A stretch of DNA of 64,000 nucleotides from Iphione sp. A-MEVVRFRX5. Its lineage: Eukaryota. The stretch spans positions 10,044,001 through 10,108,000 of the forward strand of contig OZ320320.1 in the NCBI GenBank assembly GCA_976226885.1. The letters are read 5' to 3'. This document shows positions 59,801 through 64,000 of this stretch, in pieces (the stretch's first letter is position 1; every line of letters starts with the position of its first letter). The position numbers were made by a program, and so were the translations under genes. The notes beneath the pieces were generated by a model that worked only from the letters and a program-made list of their open reading frames with translations, was not told the DNA's origin and did no database searches.

Positions 59801-62800
59801 CAGGTAATAAATATTAGACTATAAGTAACCAGGCACGATATCCTGACCATTTGACAGTTGACTTTCTGTTATGGGAGAGAGCACAGTTGTGTGAAGTTAT
59901 GGGAGACTAGCTGCACAGTGGTGTAAAGTTACGGGGGAGGTAGCTGCACATTTGTGTGAAGTTATGGGAGACAGCTGCACAGTTGTGTGGTGTATAGCTA
60001 ATATAGCTGTATGTTTGGTGCAGATCGGGGAGCCTTTCCTGGCGGAGAACGTGGAGTACGCTGTGATCAGTGTCCGTGGACAGAGCTTCATGCTGCATCA
60101 GATCAGGAAGATGATAGGTTTGTTCTGGATGTAGTTAGAAGTGGTTTGGTGGAGCTTGGGAGGTGTCGAATGGACTGACCCTTTGCCTGTTACAACTGTA
60201 CTGAAACGTGTGATCCTGTCTGCTGGAATGGACGGATCGCCTCACGCATACACAGTGTCATTAATGATGCCATGACACCACAGGTCAAACTACGACTACC
60301 CACATACTGCTAGTAAAAAATCAACATAGGCTGTATCTTCCTAAGCCAGAAGGAACTCTTCAGATTTTAATGATATCTATATCAAAGGAAGGCCTAAGGA
60401 GGAAAATGAGCCATAGCATGGCTCTCTAGATGGCGCTGTAATGACAATTCGGCGATCGGTCCGTTGCTGCTCTGCTCACGTTGTATCATCTTGTAATTTG
60501 TTGAATAATTCTTTGTAGCGTTTTTCAAGAAAATTCACCTTAAGACTGCATGCCAATATCCTCGTTTATCTAAAAGTTTGTAGATTGAAGTGATAAATAG
60601 CTGCGTTGTCTAGTGGTTTAATGATTATTGGAGGAGTGATAACTTCCAAAATACAGGGATAATAACATCAACCATAAGTGATCATTTCTGGACGTACACC
60701 CAAAGAAAGATCAATAGTATCAAACTGAATGTCAATTTATTAGGATAAGAGATTATAGGAATTTTAGTGAAAATTACTTTTGTTTGGATATGGAGAGAAA
60801 TTTAACTAATTTTGATCACAACAGTAACACAACTGACAAATGGAATTTTTGGAAGATAAGATTAAGGATACACTGGACAGACATGCACCATATAAGTTCA
60901 AGAAAGTTCCTATCAATATTACCAAATAGATAACCAAAAAAATTACTAAACTTAGAAAAACTAAGCTCAAACCTTTCAAACAATATCTCAAGAAATCCTA
61001 CAGCAAGCCAGACAAGTATGCAATACTCTTAACTCTAAAATTAGACAGGCCAAGGGGAATTACACCACAATGAAGCTCAATCAATATAGACATGAACAAT
61101 GTAAATACTGGAAAGAACTCCGAACCCTCCTTCCTAGCACAAAGTCAAATTGACAATAGAGAAATTATATTACCAAAACGTGAAAACCACAGGTCAAGAG
61201 GAGATTGCAAACTTACTTAACACACATTTCACAGATGTAGGTAGAAACACTCAGGATACACTACCCATGGCACCAACTACATAGCAACCCAATGTCAGAC
61301 ATCATAAACAACTTCAAATACAAGTATCTTGGACTTATTCTAGACAACCTCACTATAAAAGAACACATAGTACACATGACCCAGAAGCTAAGCACCACAC
61401 TCATTGCACTGAACATAATGAACAAATATGTTGACAATAAAACAAACCTCCTCCTATACAAATTATTAGCACTGCCTCATATTGATTACCTAGATATTAT
61501 ATGGTCCACAGTACCGCACAAATATATCACGCAAATACAATGCTTACAAAACAGGGGATTAAAAAGAGCTGTCCAATTGGACAGTAGGACACCCAAAGTA
61601 CAAGTACATGAACAAACAAACATGATGAGAATTACTGAACGTATTAACCTACATTTACTCATACAAGGATACAAAGCCTTTTTTACATACGAAAGCACCT
61701 GAAAAATTCAAGAAATCACCTATTAATTGAGAGACAATTTTGCGGCCAAATTCACGAGTCCACCAGATGCCCACACAACACATATTTCAAAAACGACATA
61801 TTGCAGAATCATTAATAGAAGGAATATGACGAAAATACATGCAACACACTACGAAACAAGAAACGTAATACGGAGTTTCAAAGCTGAAATAACACAGAAA
61901 TGGAAGAATAATGACATGAACCTGTGCTAACCAAACCTCTGTTCAATCTTGATGTATAACAGTATTTAGTACTGACCTAGTAAGGATAGTCAAGAAACCC
62001 TCTCAGATAGCTAAGTTTTTCAAGCATTTGTTGCTGCTCCCCAGCCTTATTTCACAATGTATTGTACCTTACAGCACCGGCTGTAAACCAGCCATTAGGC
62101 TAATGCCGGAATGCTGTTTAAAAGCAATAAAAAAGTACTCTGTTATTAAGTGCAAGCCCTCCAGTTTCACAGTGCGTCAGTGATTGTAAAGTCTCAGACA
62201 AGACCACCAAATTCACACCAAGTGTGTCAGTGATTGTAGAGTCTCAGATCTCATTGACTTAAAAAACTAATGTCTCTAGTTGGAGCGTCCGGCTCAGGAA
62301 ATACACCCCCCCCCCCCCATTACATCAGAACCTGCTTTACCTGGCAGCGGGTGATCAGGTTATAAGGATAGGAACCGTTTTATTCACTTCTTTCTGTATT
62401 CTTGAAGTGGGAATGACGTCACACTGGCTGATAAGCCTGGTACCCTTAGTCAAATGTAGGTCAGTTTGCCTGGGGTGGAGGTGAAAGGTAGTGTGTTTCT
62501 CTCTTTGAGTCATTATAATGTTTATGTCCATAATAATCATTTGGCAATGATTTCAATGCCAACTCTGATATTATAATGAAAACACACCTAGAACTACCTG
62601 TAGATAGAGTTCATATGTCAAAATTATTATCAGTTTGTTTTCACTAGGCCTTAGATTTCACATTAGAATATGCAGAAACTCCCTGTTTATCACCCACTTT
62701 TCACCTCTGTAGGGTTTTTGCTAAATAAGAAATTTTAACAGAGGATTTTTATCTAAATACTAATGTGGTCTTTTAGATTAATACTAAAGCTACACATTTA

Positions 62801-63547
62801 TCACAATGAAGCCTTATGACACCTTTGAAATCCTTCTCAAATTGGGGTTGACAACTCTTTGTTTACACCTTGCTGGCCACAAGTGCCCGGATTGCCGACT
62901 TCATGAATACAATTACATAAATGGTACACAATGAGATCTTCCAGTCATGATCGACCTTTGCCTCTCTAAAAGCATGCTTATTGATACTGTATGTGTACTT
63001 GTTGCTATAGTTTGTACTTGATCTGTGTGCAGGTCTAACTATTGCCATCGTGCGAGGACTGGCCGGCCTGAGGTCTATGGAATATGCTTGGAGGCCTGAA
63101 AAGGTGAGTTGCTGTACAGTGGAACCCTTCTACTAAGGGCACCCTTTATAAAGGACACCCCACATTATGGACAGGTTGGAAACAAAACCAAATCTATATA
63201 TAATGATGTTTAAATACTCCTGCTATAAAGGACACCCCTCTTTACGGACATTTTTGGGTCAGCCCTTTGCTGTCTGTAGTAGAGAGGTTCCCCTGTATAT
63301 GACTTGCTACAGGAAACATACTGTAATTGATGGGCTATTTGAAGTTTGGTGACATTTAATTCTTTTTCCATCTCGTGAATGTTATAGCCAGTAAATGAAA
63401 TCACCTAGACGAAGAAAATTTTGTGCTGGGATAAATTAGGGACGTTTTGAGGAAGTTGTGGTGTGGACTTGGCATACGTTACATGTTGTTGGTTTATTGT
63501 AGGCCGATGTACCCATGGCGCCGGGCTTGGGTCTGATGTTAGATCAG
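53550..63547 (+). CDS. PUS1: tRNA pseudouridine synthase 1 (TruA family), first 12 coding exons; 3' end beyond the window
   Basis: Exons: 53550-53885, 54167-54246, 54375-54471, 54651-54719, 56103-56172, 56908-57008, 58341-58368, 58612-58690, 59318-59363, 60024-60117, 63033-63103, 63503-63547 (372 codons). Motifs: [37 protein letters not shown] (catalytic Asp), [48 protein letters not shown]. Confidence 0.95.
54167..54246 (+). CDS. PUS1: PUS1 exon 2
   Basis: [25 protein letters not shown]. Confidence 0.93.
54375..54471 (+). CDS. PUS1: PUS1 exon 3
   Basis: [32 protein letters not shown]. Confidence 0.92.
54651..54719 (+). CDS. PUS1: PUS1 exon 4 (catalytic RTD)
   Basis: [23 protein letters not shown]; the donor is non-canonical (ATAAGT). 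Confidence 0.9.
55330..55655. repeat. Minisatellite, 30-bp unit, ~11 copies
   Basis: GGATAGAGGTGTAACAATGTTGCCTTTCCT repeated. Confidence 0.95.
56103..56172 (+). CDS. PUS1: PUS1 exon 5
   Basis: [23 protein letters not shown]; starts at 56103 if the intron ends AC, or 56100 if it ends AG. Confidence 0.88.
56908..57008 (+). CDS. PUS1: PUS1 exon 6 (the functional copy)
   Basis: [33 protein letters not shown]; the only stop-free copy in the array. Confidence 0.92.
57032..57756 (+). repeat. Six tandem degenerate copies of PUS1 exon 6 with its donor (124-128-bp period)
   Basis: Copies start at 57032, 57156, 57280, 57404, 57532 and 57656; each has one or more in-frame TGA. Confidence 0.95.
58341..58368 (+). 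CDS. PUS1: PUS1 exon 7 (28 nt)
   Basis: FVLESFKMS; strong acceptor and GTATGT donor, phase 0 to 1 fits. Confidence 0.8.
58612..58690 (+). CDS. PUS1: PUS1 exon 8
   Basis: [25 protein letters not shown]. Confidence 0.93.
58844..58973. other. Assembly gap (N run)
   Basis: 130 Ns in PUS1 intron 8. Confidence 1.
59318..59363 (+). CDS. PUS1: PUS1 exon 9
   Basis: [15 protein letters not shown]. Confidence 0.9.
59622..59755. other. Assembly gap (N run)
   Basis: 134 Ns in PUS1 intron 9. Confidence 1.
59865..60005. repeat. Minisatellite, ~34-bp unit, ~4 copies, before the PUS1 exon 10 acceptor
   Basis: GTGTGAAGTTATGGGAGAC..AGCTGCACAGT repeated. Confidence 0.8.
60024..60117 (+). CDS. PUS1: PUS1 exon 10
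   Basis: [31 protein letters not shown]. Confidence 0.94.
60760..62135 (+). mobile_element. Degenerate CR1/L2-group LINE fragment in PUS1 intron 10
   Basis: Linker-like remnants (..[12 protein letters not shown].., [13 protein letters not shown]) followed by RT C-terminus [33 protein letters not shown]; AATAAA near 62127. Boundaries approximate. Confidence 0.75.
63033..63103 (+). CDS. PUS1: PUS1 exon 11
   Basis: [23 protein letters not shown]. Confidence 0.92.
63117..63295. mobile_element. Tc1/mariner-type MITE (179 bp)
   Basis: TA on both flanks; 19-bp TIRs matching 16/19 (CAGTGGAACCCTTCTACTA). Confidence 0.7.
63503..63547 (+). CDS. PUS1: PUS1 exon 12
   Basis: [15 protein letters not shown]. 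Confidence 0.92.
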
Positions 63548-63884
63548 GTAAGTCTCTTTATTTTCAAGTGACCCCTTAAGGATAAAGGTCAAGTGATGGT
63601 CTTGGATAATAATATACAGTCGAAACCCTATTTACAACCGCATTGGTTTCTGACCAGATTTGCTTTTCTGAACAGTTGAGCTAGGAACTGAATGGTAATC
63701 AGTAGATAATTGATATGCAAAGTGATCGATTTCAGACCAAATCAATTTCTGACTGAATCTAAGACCCCACTGTATAGGGTCTTTTCTAGTGTATTTTAAT
63801 ATCAATTTCCAACTGTCTGAAATAGACCTCCAAGGGATAATGGGAGAGGTGGGGTCATACGTGTAAGTCCTAAGAAGTCAGTGT

Positions 63885-64000
63885 AAACCTGCTGATTCAT
63901 GGTCTATACCCGCCAATTGACGGTCTAAATCTGCCTATTCATGGTCTAAATTAGCTGATCCATGGTCTAACCCTGCTGATTCATGGTCTATACTCGCCGA
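63885..64000. repeat. Short tandem repeat (ATTCATGGTCTA modules), truncated by the window end
   Basis: Four or more CATGGTCTA copies. Confidence 0.7.

Noticed and set aside
63617-63775. Possible second TA-flanked MITE (TACAGT..ACTGTA)
   Set aside because: The inverted match is only a few bases long.
1-64000. tRNA or rRNA genes
   Set aside because: None recognised; the only tRNA-related sequences are the three retrotransposon primer-binding sites.

Overview
Eukaryotic (bilaterian invertebrate, probably lophotrochozoan) genomic DNA with GT-AG spliceosomal introns, many minisatellites and three N-gaps. There are two divergently oriented host genes. The first is a complete 19-exon acyloxyacyl hydrolase gene (AOAH; minus strand, CDS 47125->15241, 1719 nt, 572 aa, every splice phase compatible). 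The second is the first 12 coding exons of tRNA pseudouridine synthase PUS1 (plus strand, from 53550, running off the window). Four Ty3/Gypsy LTR retrotransposons are present: (A) a minus-strand element at 1-4777 with an extra ORF upstream of gag; (B) an old decayed copy next to A; (C) a young full-length copy with 117-bp LTRs in AOAH intron 6; (D) an older full-length copy in AOAH intron 3. There are also a CR1/L2-like LINE relic and several MITEs. The most unusual observations: a PUS1 coding exon amplified into a 7-copy tandem array whose six extra copies all carry in-frame TGA stops; a likely AT-AC intron with a U2-type 5' sequence in PUS1; a 57-bp minisatellite that multiplies an AOAH splice acceptor; and the ORF0 plus TAATG stop-start organisation of element A. 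All family assignments come from motifs recognised by eye; no searches were run.
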